Shown piece by piece: positions 46,963 to 59,735 of a DNA stretch of 64,000 nucleotides (positions within the stretch are counted from its first letter, which is position 1; each line of letters starts with the position of its first letter). The position numbers and the translations under genes were made by a program. Below the pieces are notes generated by a model. It did not search any database. It was not told the DNA's origin and was given only the letters and a program-made list of their open reading frames with translations. This DNA comes from Octopus vulgaris (taxonomy: Eukaryota): the NCBI GenBank assembly GCA_951406725.2, contig OX597832.1, positions 3,472,001 through 3,536,000 on the forward strand. The letters run 5' to 3'.

Positions 46963-48183
46963 TAGGCTATAGTTTTGTATCTAATGTACTATATGTACGT
47001 ATGTATGTGCATTTTACGGTTGTGTGACAATTTTTATCACTATACAAAGCTTGTGATCCTTTGTCAATTTTTAATGTTCACATTCTTTTACAATTCTAAA
47101 TGTAATCACTGAAGTCAATGTCTGCTTGTAAAAGAAAAAAAATAATTCGCTCTATCTAACAGTGACGACATTGAAGTTGACGATAACGAAATTAAAATTG
47201 ATAACGTAACTGAGACTGACGATAACGAAATTTAGTCTGATGCTGGTAAATCTGAAATTGCCGTTGACGAGGTTGTGACTGATAATGTCGAATTTGAGGG
47301 GAGAAACCATGTATTTCTCTTCAGCATGACTGTTACAGTCATTCTCCTATCTTCTTAGATAAATAAATTAGTCTTATCCTTATCAACATTGAATATTTTC
47401 TATTGTAGCGAAGTTTTTTGTTGTTAATGTTTCCAACCAGAACCAAAGCCCACCCAGCTTGTTTTGCTTGCATGTTTGGTGTCTTCACTTCTCTTGATTT
47501 GGTACTCTCTCTCTCTCTTCTTTTTTTGCTATGAAGTTGTTTATAATAATAATGCTATTCAGCCCACCTTACCTACCTGATTTTTCATTAATTCCGACCT
47601 GTATATGCATGGTCTTGATATATATTTCAGCGTCTTAAAATACTTCATCTTGAATACATTAAAAGTCTGCCTTCACAACATTGGGTTTCAGTCTTCTTCT
47701 CCCACCACTGTCTCTTCTGATTTGATATTTCAAGAAATCTCAACGGTCACATGATCAGTACTAAGATTCCAGAGAGTTCTTTAATAACTGTTGTCTTATC
47801 CTGAGATACATACGAATACATCAAAGGCATTAACTGAGTTGCAGTTTCTGCTTAGATCAAAGCACATAGTGGTGTTATCATTTAATGTCGTCGTAGTAAT
47901 TATCACCTTTAACCATTCCTATATTTAGTTATTTGTTAAGTTATCTGATTCCGTCAATGTGTGATTGTTGTGGTACGAAATAAACAAACATCTCTCCCCT
48001 CATACCCACCCAAGCAGGCACATACACTTATATCACACACAACTACACTAAAATACCACAACGAGAGTGTGGTAGGAGAGGTCTGAAGTGAAAAAATTCG
48101 ACCGAAAAAATTCACCTTCTGTTGCTCCATCTCTCAATATTACACACACATACACACACACACAGTGTGTGAGTTTATTTGTC

Positions 48184-48216
<33 letters not shown>

Positions 48217-48546
48217 TTATTTATTTAACTATCTCCCCAACTCATTGGCTTTCAATTTGCACTGGAGTTCGTCCTATTTAATTGTGAGTTGAAGGTCAAA
48301 CTATTGAATATCTAATTCTTCATCACAATGGATCAGCATCTCTCAGACGACAGACTGTTTTTTTGGCCTTGGAGGGTGTTGAGAATTTGTTTTAGTCAGA
48401 ATAAGGGAGAGGGAAGAATAGTAAAATCTTTAATTTTACTTCTCTTATTGTGTTCTTCCAACTCAGCGGTTTAAATTTGAAAAACAGGGCTGCTATCGGA
48501 TACTGCTATATAGAACAAAATTTCGCCGTGTGCATTCTATCTATTT

Positions 48547-48650
48547 GTGGCTTAGTGGTTAGGGTGTTCAGGCTTCCAGTCATAAGACTGTGAGATCGAT
48601 TACTAGATCGAGTGTCGCACTGTGCCCTTCAGTAATGTGTTTCATTTAAT
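48547..48650 (+). mobile_element. Degenerate tRNA-derived SINE head
   Basis: gtggcttagtggttaggg A-box and gagatcgatt B-box remnant. Confidence 0.6.
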
Positions 48651-50442
48651 CCTGATCCTGTCTACTCAGCTTATAACTAGTCTTGAGCTGGTTCAGCCCG
48701 CTCTCCCCCCAGCTGCCATCGTCGATATTCCATCGGATTAATAGGCCGAGAAGGTGTCTAGAATAGATGCCTAAAACAATTAGCGAAAGCAGGATACATG
48801 CTATCAATACATGCTCGTTTGAGAGTGGCACATGTGGAAGGTGTATGCATTTGTGTACCAACATTGAGTGCGGAGATAGATATACAGATAGATAGAGGGC
48901 GTGGGGAGAGAAGATAAATAGATACCTTACAATTTATGATTTTTTCCAAAGGTTTGAACATTCGATTTCCATTTTCAAACAGACGATAAACATTATGACG
49001 AAAATATTGTTTTACCATTCAATATTAGCTAAGCCTTATCTGCTATAATACAGCCAAACTGCGCGCAGATAATTTGTATACGTTAGCTATACATTGAAAC
49101 GAAAGTTTTACTATTTTCCATCCCATTGTTGTATACACTGAAGAGGACTCTCACTGAATCACAAATTATACCCCAAGTTCACAAGTCTCCCAAACTCATC
49201 CTATTATGGCTATATTGAGAAAACGTCTAGTGATGCGTGCTCAACTTATTTCCTCGCAAATAGGAAAAAATAAGTGTATTGTGGCTACTCATTCTCATAT
49301 ACACATGCGCTCTAGGTGGTAAGGCTCATACGTATTCCATAATTAGTCTCAGCAAGATATTTTTCGCGAAAATTTTCAACAAACGTTCAATTTATAACGG
49401 TACTCAGTCAAAACAGTAAAAAAAGATAAGCAAAAAAAAAAAAAAAAGAAGCCAACTTCTGATGCATAATATAAAAGGAAATGCACATGATCTTCGTTGC
49501 AATTGTTATGGAACGTTCTTTTTTGACAACTGTTACTCTCATCAGGCGGTGAATAAAATACTGGATCCATAAAACTAGTTATTCAACTGTGGTTTTGCGG
49601 GGGCCATCTTCAAGGCTTCTAATCGATTATATTCATCTCAGTACATTCATTTCCTAGTACTTATTTTAATGTCCTCAGAGTAGACGAAAGGCTAAGACAA
49701 CCGTATGTAAAGGTAGGCAACTGATACAGATCAAAATACCCCCCAAAATCTTTCATTCAACCCATTAAATTTTTGCCGGCTACTCCTATTTAAAAAGTTA
49801 ATATTATATTATGATAAACCGCTTTAACAAGTTACAACTAAGACAATGATATAAATGACATCAACGATAACGTGAATAAGTAAATAAAGAAAGTGTATCA
49901 AGTTCATTGCCAGACTTTTGTGCCTGGGAGTGCTTCACAATATTCTGGGTGGGCACCAATTTGTAATAATGCTAAAGTGGAATTTCGAAATATGTGTATC
50001 ACTGTAAATCTGAGAGTGCACCGTTGAATAGTGGTGGGGCAGTGCAACAGGCATGCCATCCATGCATATAAATGAACGAAAAACTGAAGTAAAATTTAAA
50101 AGGCATTGTCAGAATGTGTGTATTTCCGTACATAAAACGAAAATGGTCACTGCATCCGTAATGTCCGGACTTGTACGTTGTTGGCTCTAGTTATGAATGT
50201 AATTTTTTAAATCTCATTATCTATTTACATGTATAAACATATATATGTAACGCCGTACAAGGGTAGAAGATAAATACTTGCGAGGAGATAGATACTAAAT
50301 TTCAACGAGTAGTTATGGGGTGGAGGCATATAAATGATACACAAAGAATACGAGAACACTTAACTCAACCGAAGTTAGTCACCTGTGCCAAACTCGTACT
50401 CAGAACTAAATTACTCTGTCCTGATATATAGCGTATGCATAC

Positions 50443-50578
50443 TTTTCTACTCTAGACACAAGGCCCGAAATTTTTGGGGAGGGGGCTAGTCGATTAGATC
50501 GACCTCAGTACGCAACTGGTACTTAATTTATCGACCCCGAAAGGATGAAAGGCGAAGTCGACCTCGGCGGAATTTGAA
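50443..50578 (-). mobile_element. Young SINE fragment (family of 39747)
   Basis: tcgaccccgaaaggatgaaaggcgaagtcgacctcggcggaatttgaa is the reverse complement of the 39777-39825 region. Confidence 0.88.
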
Positions 50579-52384
50579 ACTTACCCCTTCCACAAAATTG
50601 CTGACCTTGTACCGAAATTTGAAATCAATACTTGAATCGTAGCAAGAGGGCGCTGAAAAAGTGTTTCTAAGAGAAAAGGAGTGATAGTTAAAAAAAAAAA
50701 TGTTTGAGAAGTTCTAGTGTAGACAATTCAACGAGTCTTTCCGTGTACATTGTATGGTAAACATGTGTATATTTATGTGTGAGGCTGTTTGTATGTCTGC
50801 ATCTCTGTTATGAAGGGAAAAAATCATTATTTATACTCTAAGCATATTCTCTTTCTTTCTATCTCTTTTACCTAATTATATCTTGGATATGTTCTTGTTA
50901 TTTTGTGTTATGAACCATTTTCTGGGAGTTCCTTTCGCTATCATTGGGCAACCTTTAAGTTTGACATTAAGAACAACACCGACTATATTATGGAACCTAC
51001 ACTTTCCATCACACACCCTGTTATGCAGAGGATAGTTTTATGATTGTTGTTGTGTGGTTTGTTTTGTTTTTGTTTTGATTCAGAAATCATGGCTGTCAAC
51101 TCAGGCAACTTAAAATGGGTTGAGTTTAATAACTATTCATTTCAACAAATGGTTTTAGTATGCTTATGTCGCTGGCATCTTTCTCGACGTTATTTACTCA
51201 ATTGTAATATTATGCAGTATCTAATTTCTATGTTAGATGAGAAGCATAGTGCTGATTAGAGCAGCTAGCCAAGCGACCAACAAAGCAAGTATCCAACTAA
51301 CAACTTGCTAGTGGTGTTAGAAGTAGAGCTGCATATAATAAGTGGAAGTTTTGAAAAGTTACTAGATTTTATTCAGAGAGGAAATTTTAACCTTGACTAA
51401 TTAACGAAGGGAAATTGTAACGGAAGTTATCATAAAGCAAATATTGTGTAGGTGTGTGTTGTGGTGGGAAGAACTGAGGAAAGGGATTTAGGAGTACGTG
51501 TTTTCTGTGGGTACTTTGTATCTTCTAGGAATTAATTGAAGAGATAAAAAGGGTTGGGTCAATTTAACTAATCCTTGTGTGTGTGTGGGAGAGAGAGAGA
51601 GAGAGAGAGATAGAGAGAGAGAGAGGCAGACAGACAGAAAAGTAAAAAAGTGATGCATATATATGTATCATTAGTAGTTCGCTGTGGCACAAAGTTGCAT
51701 AGTCAGTAGTATTTCAGTTTAAGGCAATTTTAGGTAATATGTTGATTTGTTCCAAATGCTCTCCTCAAAATGAATATTTTGGCAGATGTATCACAATCAA
51801 TGCTTGACGTTAGCGAATTATTTGTCTTAGAGTTATTAAAATATATACTTTAGTATGCATAGTCTGTATATCTTTTAACACTTATTCTCGTTTTTGACTA
51901 TGACTGCTGGTCACACATCTATTTTGGCAAATGGCGTCGTCAGTTATAAGTGTATGGTGGAGTGGAACTAGCCAAAAAAAAAAAATTCTTTTAAATTTTC
52001 TTTTAATTAAACAAACTTCCTAAGTGAAACTATAATTATATTTCTGACAGTGCACTATTTCTCTCATTTAAATGTGCTCCTTTCAACTGATATTAAAAGA
52101 GAAAATAATTGTTTAGTTGGCAAACTGTCCTTCAGAACTTTCAAAGACTCAGTAAATAAGCCGAGGGAACTTCTACGTGGTCGCCCCTCTTGCTAGAAAT
52201 AGTAGCCAAATGTCTGTCAATCTTACTCTATCGTTTAAAAATGCAAAGAAACATTGGAAAAATGTAGACTCGTCTGAAATGAAAAGGAGTGACCACGGAC
52301 AGAATGCCTTTAATAGACCTACCGAGGATTGATCTAGAACAAAACAAGAACTCTGGAAGTTTGAAAAAGCTGACCGATTTATAG

Positions 52385-52602
52385 TAGTGGTTCTCAACTG
52401 GAGTCTTATATGGCCCTTGAGGGTCCAAATAAGGTTTTGTTAAAATTTGTGTGCAGTAAATTGGTTATTCTTTTTTATGCAATTCCTAATAATATTTAAT
52501 TGTAAAAATATAATAGCATTGAATGGCTACAGGGTCCACCAGAGTAAAATAAGAATCAGAGGGGGGGGGGGTCCATAGAAAGAAAATGGTTGACAACCAC
52601 TG
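52385..52602. mobile_element. hAT MITE (family of 33663)
   Basis: (t)AGTGGTTCTCAAC / GTTGACAACCACTG termini with tttatag duplicated on both flanks. Confidence 0.82.
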
Positions 52603-52664
52603 TTTATAGTGATCAATCCCTTACATAAGTTTAGTTGGACCAGTTCGGCCACGATCACTTTCTA

Positions 52665-53921
52665 TTGGGTTGGCAACTAAGTTCCCGCCGTTTTTAAAAT
52701 TAAAATTTTTTTTAAAGGTTTAATAAAAAATAACAACTAATTAATCAATAATTATTCACTCTTGTTGTTTACAACTTCTTTCCAACGTTCAACAAGATGT
52801 TCAATACCTCGTTGGTAGAAATCATCCGATTTCGACTCGAAAAATTGAGCCAACCAAGTTCTCAATTCTGCATCAGTATTGAACGAAACTCTGGGCATAG
52901 CATTCGAAAGAGATCGACGAGGTGGAAATCTGTTGGTGCCAAATCAGGAGAGTACGGCGGGTGTGGCAGCTCTTCCCAGCCATGCGTTTGAATGGCTTCC
53001 TTAGTCATATTGGCGATATGAGGGCGGACATTGTCGTGCAGCAGAAGACTTCCATGCTGCCGTTTAGGTCTTATTTTTTGAGTCATTCCATCTGTTGACC
53101 GTTTGGTTCCGTTCAAGCAATTCGTAATGAATAATCCCTTTCCAGTCCCACCATACACACAACATCGTTTTACGTGGATGAAGATCTTGTTTCAAGCGCG
53201 GTGTCGCTTGTTTACCGGGGCTAAGCCATTCCTTACGCTGCTTCATATTGATGTACAGGCACCACTTTTTGTCGTCAGTAACGATTCGGTAAAAAATCGT
53301 TGCTTGTGTCCATGAGTTGAATGGTGACAAGCAAGCAAACCAGCAGAGATTGTGACTCGTTGATTTTTGTTGTTGTCACTTAAAGCATACGGAACCCTTG
53401 CTTTATACTTCTGAACCTTTCCCATCGAGTGAAGATGCTTCTCTATAGCAGTGTGGGAGCATTCCATTTTCTCTACCAGTTCCTTTGTCGTTTGACGAGA
53501 ATTTTCGTGCAAAAGTTGGTTTAATCGCTTTTCATCGAACTCAACTGGGCGGCCAGAACGAGGTGCGTCTTTGAGGTCAAAATTTCCACTTTTGAACTTG
53601 GGATACCAATCACGAGCGGTTCTTTTAGCTATGGCACCCTCTCCATACACAGCACAAATGTCGCGAGCAGCTTTTGCGGCCTTAGAACCTTGATTAAAAG
53701 CAAAAAGAAGGAGGTGTCGAAAATGCTCGTTTTTCTTAACTTAGCATTCTATTTTAATGATCCGAAAATAAACAAAAATTAATTAAAATTAACTGGAAAA
53801 AAAAAAAAAAATTCCAAAATGATTCAAAAATAGATTTCTCGAAAAAAATAGATTCCAAAATTTAAAAACGCAATAAATTCCGAAATTTTAAAAAGCGATG
53901 GGAACTTAGTTGCCAACCCAA
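52665..53921 (-). mobile_element. Full-length (1257 bp) mariner with frameshifted transposase pseudogene
   Basis: 22-bp perfect TIR TTGGGTTGGCAACTAAGTTCCC with TA TSDs (52663-52664 and 53922-53923). Split ORFs give the HTH (FDLKDAPRSGRP), a WVP-like motif, IVTDDKKW, LLHDNVRPH and HPPYSPDLAPTD. The start codon is decayed (ATA) and followed by an early stop. Confidence 0.97.
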
Positions 53922-54159
53922 TACATTCACACGACTTGATAGGGGGATCTTCAGTAATGACCCTTTTACATCTAAACGGCCCCCAAACCTTTGTGCCTTC
54001 AATAAACCTGCGAGAAATAGCATGATGGGGTGGTAATTAGGTAGAGGATAAGAAGTTGCATTCTTCGACATTTACAACCCAACAATAAATTATATGTATT
54101 TCCATATATTTATTATTTCGAACAGTTATGTTGTACATATGTAGAAGTAGATTAATTAT

Positions 54160-54350
54160 ATTGGTTTCAAACTTTGGCACAAGGCCAGCAAATTTGGGGA
54201 AGGAGTCAACTCTTACTAATTTTACCGATCCCGAAAGGATAAAAGGCACAGTCGACTCCTAAGTCGATTGTGCCTTTCATCCTCAGATGGAGGAAATGCC
54301 ACTAAGCATTTTACCTGCTGTGCTAACAAGACTGTCAGCTCGTCGCCCTA
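54160..54350 (-). mobile_element. SINE fragment (family of 39747)
   Basis: ttggtttcaaactttggcacaaggccagc...gatcccgaaaggataaaaggcacagtcgac. Confidence 0.75.
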
Positions 54351-57288
54351 AGTGAATTAATTATATTGAAAAAAGTATAAACAGAATAAAGCAGTTAATT
54401 AAAGACGAAATATTTTCATGTATCTAAATATGTATGTTGGCATTACAGCACAAAGCTCATTACTCTTTGTTGAGCACGGTATACAAAGTATCTTATACAA
54501 AAACAAGTAGTAAAAAGTGAGAGTATGTTTCGTGGAATAAAGCGACAGAGCTCTGGGTAGCGTCTATAATGACATCTTACAACCCTGAACTAATCTTCTA
54601 GAACCTTCGGAAATACAATTAGGTAGGAATTTACATAACTTTACTTTAATGTCGCCGCCACTAATTGTTACGTGTCAGCCGATACAGTAAACATTTACGT
54701 AGGTGTTCATGCCATCTATGGAAATATAATTCGGCTCAAGGAGCTTGTCATGTTTTTATGGCAATAAAATTCGGTTGTGAGTCTAAACAGGGAATCTGAG
54801 CAAGGTGGTTTAAATCTAGGCAGAGAGCTACTACAAGCAATCAAATCTCCCTCGTGTAAAAACCGTACCGCGAACACATTGAAAAATGTGGCCATAGGTC
54901 AAGATAAAGACACGACAGTCGCGGCTGGAGTGCTATTTATTATACATTTTCTCAGTCAGTGCTGATTTGGGCTAAACGATGCGATCTCATGTCAGAGAAG
55001 AATTATATCTCGTATCGCTGTCCCTTCTAACCAATGAGAATTTCCTGCTAAATCATTATATGCGTAGCATGGCCGAATGGCTTAGAAGTTCACTTTGCAA
55101 TCATAGGTTTCAGATTCGATCTCACTGCATGACATCTTGAGCAAGTGTCTTTGATTCAAACCTTTGAATGAAATTAAGCTGGCGGAAACTGTCAAATACA
55201 TTATATTTGTAATTCAAAAGTTCAGTCTTATCACAATGAACCGCGCTGATCTTATTTGAGAACTAAAATTTAGGATAAATGTGTTTGTGGAATACTCAGC
55301 CTGTTACACTAATTAAATGAACAGGCATTTCAGATGGTTCAGTTGGAATGTTCATCGTCGAAATCAAAGGAAATCTATTTCCTATACTTCTTTTTTGCTT
55401 TTGTTTCTCTGTCACCAAATATATTTTGCTTCTAAGCAGCTTTCGGAGCACAACGCAATACCATTGGCCAGATACAAACTCTGAAACTTAACAAACATCA
55501 ACACTGACACTTAGGCTTGTTACTTAACTTATTTAACGAAGGCACAGATTATATGTTAGCTTTATCTGGTCAAAAATTAAGGTTCGTTTTGAACTACTGC
55601 GCTTCATGCTGATTGAATTGCAACGGAAGCCTGAAAATGAGCAAGGCTTCACAATCTTATTGTATTATTTGACATCACTATAGATTGCCTAACAAGTAAC
55701 TTCAGTCCTTGTCACCCCAGCCACTGAAAAGATATAAGCTTATCACTCCAAGCTTCTGTAACATTTGTTATTTCTACAATTGCTCAACTAACAGTTAAGG
55801 TCGGCATCTCCTCGTTTCATCACTAGACAGACTGGATGTTTGAATGTAAGGCTTATAATATGATGTTAGTGACATGATATAAAGGTTGAATTTTCGAACG
55901 GTTCACTTTAGTGACATCCATCGGAAAATGTCTATGGAAGATTAATTGACAAGCGTAATGCGTATCTGGTTAGATAGTTCTCGAATCATTTGTAAAAATT
56001 ACATGGGATTAGATGCTTCAGCAGTAGTTTTTGTACTCGTTACATGCAAAAGATATTAGTAACGTCGATGCAACAAAATATTTGCGTATGGAAAATCTAT
56101 TAAGGTGAAAGTCTATTGTCTAGTATGAAGTATCGTGTGATATAGTAAATAAAGATGATGATATTAGAATTGGTTAATCTTTCTTGTTGCTCTTTTCTTG
56201 TCATCATAACGACAAAAATTAAAACTACTACTACTACTACAACTCTCTCTCTCGCACACACACACACACACAAAGCGTAATTTTTCACATCAACTTTAGT
56301 TGTTTTGTTTATCTTAAAATTCCTGTATAGTGTTTGTTTAACATAATTATAAATAAGTTGTGGAGTTATTTGAGATACAGACTAGGGACTATTGCCCTCC
56401 TTTCAGAATGTAAGAGATTGTAAACCCAAATTCACTGGTGAGCTGGGTTTATGATCAGTTTTCAGTTTCCGGTTGAAGCTGTTAGTTTAATTTAACTTGT
56501 TGATGTTCCAGAGTAAACCATGAATGTCACTCTCTCCCTCTCTCTCTCATACATCCAAGCCATTGTATCCATCGACCATATGTATTCAAAATATCAGGGT
56601 GATTGTAATACGAGACACAGCAATATTTTGATGCATTTCGATATCAGATGAAACAGTATGATATATGCTTAGCCCGAAAACTGCGAATATTTATATAAAT
56701 TTATTCATAAAATATGGGAAAATTATTTCCTGCCTTGCATGCATAAAAAAAAGTACTGGAAAGGTATACACACGTGGTAGAATAACCAAGCCTTCGACCT
56801 ATATACCTGTTCCCAAGGCCTGCATTCAATGGTTTATACACACATGGTTTTGAACAATATAACATTGAATTACAACAGAGTTGTTACAGTGCCAGACAGC
56901 TTTTTCCCGGTTTATTGTGTAGTACATTCCCCTACTTTACTGCTAACAATTAGCTGTAATGAAAGTGGTTGTTTCTGGTGTTTATAAACCCCTATGAACC
57001 AGGGTCAAGTTCTACTTACAGGAACTAACTCCTTATCTACTGTTTTAATGTCTTAAACAAAGGACGTCACTTTCTCCTTTTTTTTTTATTTATTTTAACC
57101 ATTATTTTTATACTTTTTCCTTCTTTCTCTCTCATCCACTTATCTCTTTGTCTTGATATTCTATCCATCTCATCCATTTAATCGTACTGCACTCATATAT
57201 CTACGCCTCCTGTTTTTCTTTTCAGCATTCTTCCTTTTTATGGTCTTCTTTTTAATTTCCTTTTCTCTTTCTTCCCCCTCATTCCTTT

Positions 57289-57324
<36 letters not shown>

Positions 57325-57629
57325 TCTCTTCTCGGTCCAAATATAATCTTGGTGGCTCGATTCAAGTTGCGCTGAATCGACTAATAATTGAGAAGTTCCT
57401 TGACACTTATAATTCTAATCAAATCGAGAGTGGTTTAAATTTCATTACAAAGGATGGTCGTAAAGTGAACTTGTGTGGACTTTCTGTTCAACTATTTCCA
57501 GTAGCCTTACCACGTTTAAAACAAGTCTAGCAGAAGTGTTCAATTTGATTTAAGGAATTAGAGCAGGGAAAAAACCACCAGCTTGTAATGCTTCTAGTTA
57601 GTAATCTGAAAGATATACTGTTTGGAAAT

Positions 57630-57859
57630 TATTATTTATTTATTTATGCGCCCTTTTCAAGCCTAGCCAGGCTTATGGGCCTGGTTTCCCGGTTTCTGTG
57701 GCGTATGTGCCCCCCCCTCCCAGCTGGACGGGACGCCGGAGCCTCGTGGAACTTTAGGTGTTTTCACTCAATAAACACACTCAACGCACGGCCTGGGAAT
57801 CGAAACCGCGATCCTCCGACCGCGAGTCGCTGCCCTAACCACTGGGCCATTGCGCCTCC
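57630..57859 (-). mobile_element. tRNA-derived SINE with (TAAA)n tail and TSD
   Basis: Reverse complement of the 59476 copy. TSD ctgtttggaaat / ctatttggaaat (57618-57629 and 57861-57872). Confidence 0.92.
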
Positions 57860-58317
57860 CCTATTTGGAAATAGGGAAGGATTTAATTCGAGCTTCTTAA
57901 GCGTATTTCTCTTGTTTAGATTAATAATGCAAATAGTTTCTAACTGAGAAAGTAATTCATTATAAGATTTCTTTTCATTGGAAAGAAGGTAAAAATTCTC
58001 GAAGCATCGTTAATTTAATCAACACAAATGTATTTATTAATGCTTAATTTATCGATCCCAGAAAGGTTAAATACTGTATTGTTTTTAATCTAGAACTCTG
58101 GTATTTTTGCCAACTGGCCAGTTTTTCATTTTCTGTTATTGAAAAGTAAGATAAATAAATAAGCGTTACATCAACACTTACGAATATTTCATTATGAGAC
58201 TCACGTAACGAATCTTAACAGTAAAATGTACTCTATAAACTTGTTTGGCAATGAATCAAGATATTGTTTATATATAACAGCACATAGATAATTTATGTAA
58301 GTGACCTTAGCAATTAC

Positions 58318-58915
58318 CTTCTGATAAGAAAAAATGCTCTTGCAGAAGATGCTATCACTGAATTACACAGCAACGCGGAATAATTCTGATTCAGCAACAA
58401 ATGTGAATAATGGTTTCTCGTTTCTGGTTTATTCTGTAACGGTTCTTGTGTGTGAATCTACTCTTGTACTTTCGGGGTACAAGAGGCAATCACTAGCCGT
58501 TGCTTTAATAATCCAGAATTCTACCAGTCAGAAACAACAAGACGCAGACGTAAAATATATATACTACTTTATTCTCTAATGTGGTAACAGTAACAATAAG
58601 TGGTTATCTGGTATCCCTTTGGTTCTGGGCGCGCAAGGCTGAAAGTTAATCGATTGTAATATTTACAATGTTCAGCCGCTAAAAACAGAACGGGTCAAAA
58701 ATGGCGTCCGGAGGAAGATGATGATGTCTGCAACAATTCAGGTTAAAAGTCTTCGGCCGACTGCTATCAAAGCTGGACAGCGAGAAAATATACGTCCGTC
58801 GCCTTCGGTCGCCTTCGGTCGCTGCTGTCCCAAGTCGTTGGCTGCTGCTGCTAGCGGTCAAACGTTCTACGACCCCCTTGCCTTGGCTAACTACCACGTA
58901 GGCAAAAGGGTCGTG
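58318..58915 (-). other. Candidate non-coding first exon (5' UTR) of an unidentified minus-strand gene
   Basis: No ATG on the minus strand from 58931 to 58318 (no CAT on +). Ends at donor AAG|GTAATT (GT at 58317-58316) and lies directly downstream of the promoter motifs. The start position is approximate. Confidence 0.55.
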
Positions 58916-59030
58916 CTTCCGGTGGTTCGCGCATGCGCGAGAGGGCCCTTCCTTTCTGTGCCTTGGTGAAGGCACCAACACTCACACGCGCGAAATAGAA
59001 AATGGACGGTGCGCGCGCACCGTTATAGGA
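58695..59030. promoter_or_regulatory. CpG-rich housekeeping-type promoter
   Basis: NRF1 palindrome TCGCGCATGCGCGA (58927-58940), ETS CTTCCGGT (58916-58923), E2F GCGCGAAA (58988-58995), YY1 AAAATGGCG (58698-58706) and an 18-bp palindrome at 59006-59023. Confidence 0.8.
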
Positions 59031-59475
59031 TCACTACAATTCTATTCTGTTCTCGTATCAAAACCTTAATCTCGGCACCGACAATCATACTGATGGAATA
59101 TTTGTGCTATCGCTTGTTCTGCTAAGAACAGAGCCAAATTTCCCTCAGATTACATCATCTCATCTGCCTGAAACGAATACATTAGATAATGTAATCTGGA
59201 GGGCTCTGTCCAAATAAAAAGTCGGGTGGCTAGCTTTGATCATAGATCTGGTCGACCAGAGCCGACTTAGAGTGATCCAAGAATAACCACAAATACCTCC
59301 GCCGTATTACCTGCTTTCAATTCCAATGGAGATCTCTATGAGATGTTTGAGAGAGCAATGGAAGAAATTCGAATTCATGACGTTTCTGACAAATTTCAAA
59401 CATTTGATCTATTCATTCATTCAACGTAATTCCTCGTTTTATAAATAATGAGCTAGTAATTAAAATGACGTGTGT

Positions 59476-59735
59476 GGAGGCGCAATGGTCCAGTGGTTAG
59501 GGCAGCGAACTCGCGGTCGGAGGATCGCGGTTTCGATTCCCAGACTGGGCGTTATGTGTGTTTATTGAGCGAAAACACCTAAAGCTCTCACTCTTTCTTC
59601 CTGTTTCTTGGATAACGCTGCAATGGACTGGCGTACCGTCCAGCTGGGGTGTGCGGGACACATACGCCACAGAAACCGGGAAACCGGGCCCATGAGCCTG
59701 GCTAGGCTTGAAAAGGGCCCATAAAAAAAAAAAAA
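59476..59735 (+). mobile_element. tRNA-derived SINE with poly(A) tail and TSD
   Basis: A and B boxes, poly(A), and TSD aattaaaatgacg / aattagaatgacg. Confidence 0.92.

Larger units (their letters stand above)
44570..47303. repeat. Pair of old ~145-bp inverted repeats (44570-44711 and 47156-47303) enclosing younger insertions
   Basis: ctcccc...acattatcagt..caacct.gtcaac.gca...aatttcgttatcg...cgtcac aligns to the reverse complement of 47156-47303. Confidence 0.7.

Noticed and set aside
58679-58981. ORFs of 83 aa (+) and 100 aa (-) in the GC-rich region
   Set aside because: No recognisable domain. The minus ORF lacks an ATG start, and both are explained by promoter GC content.
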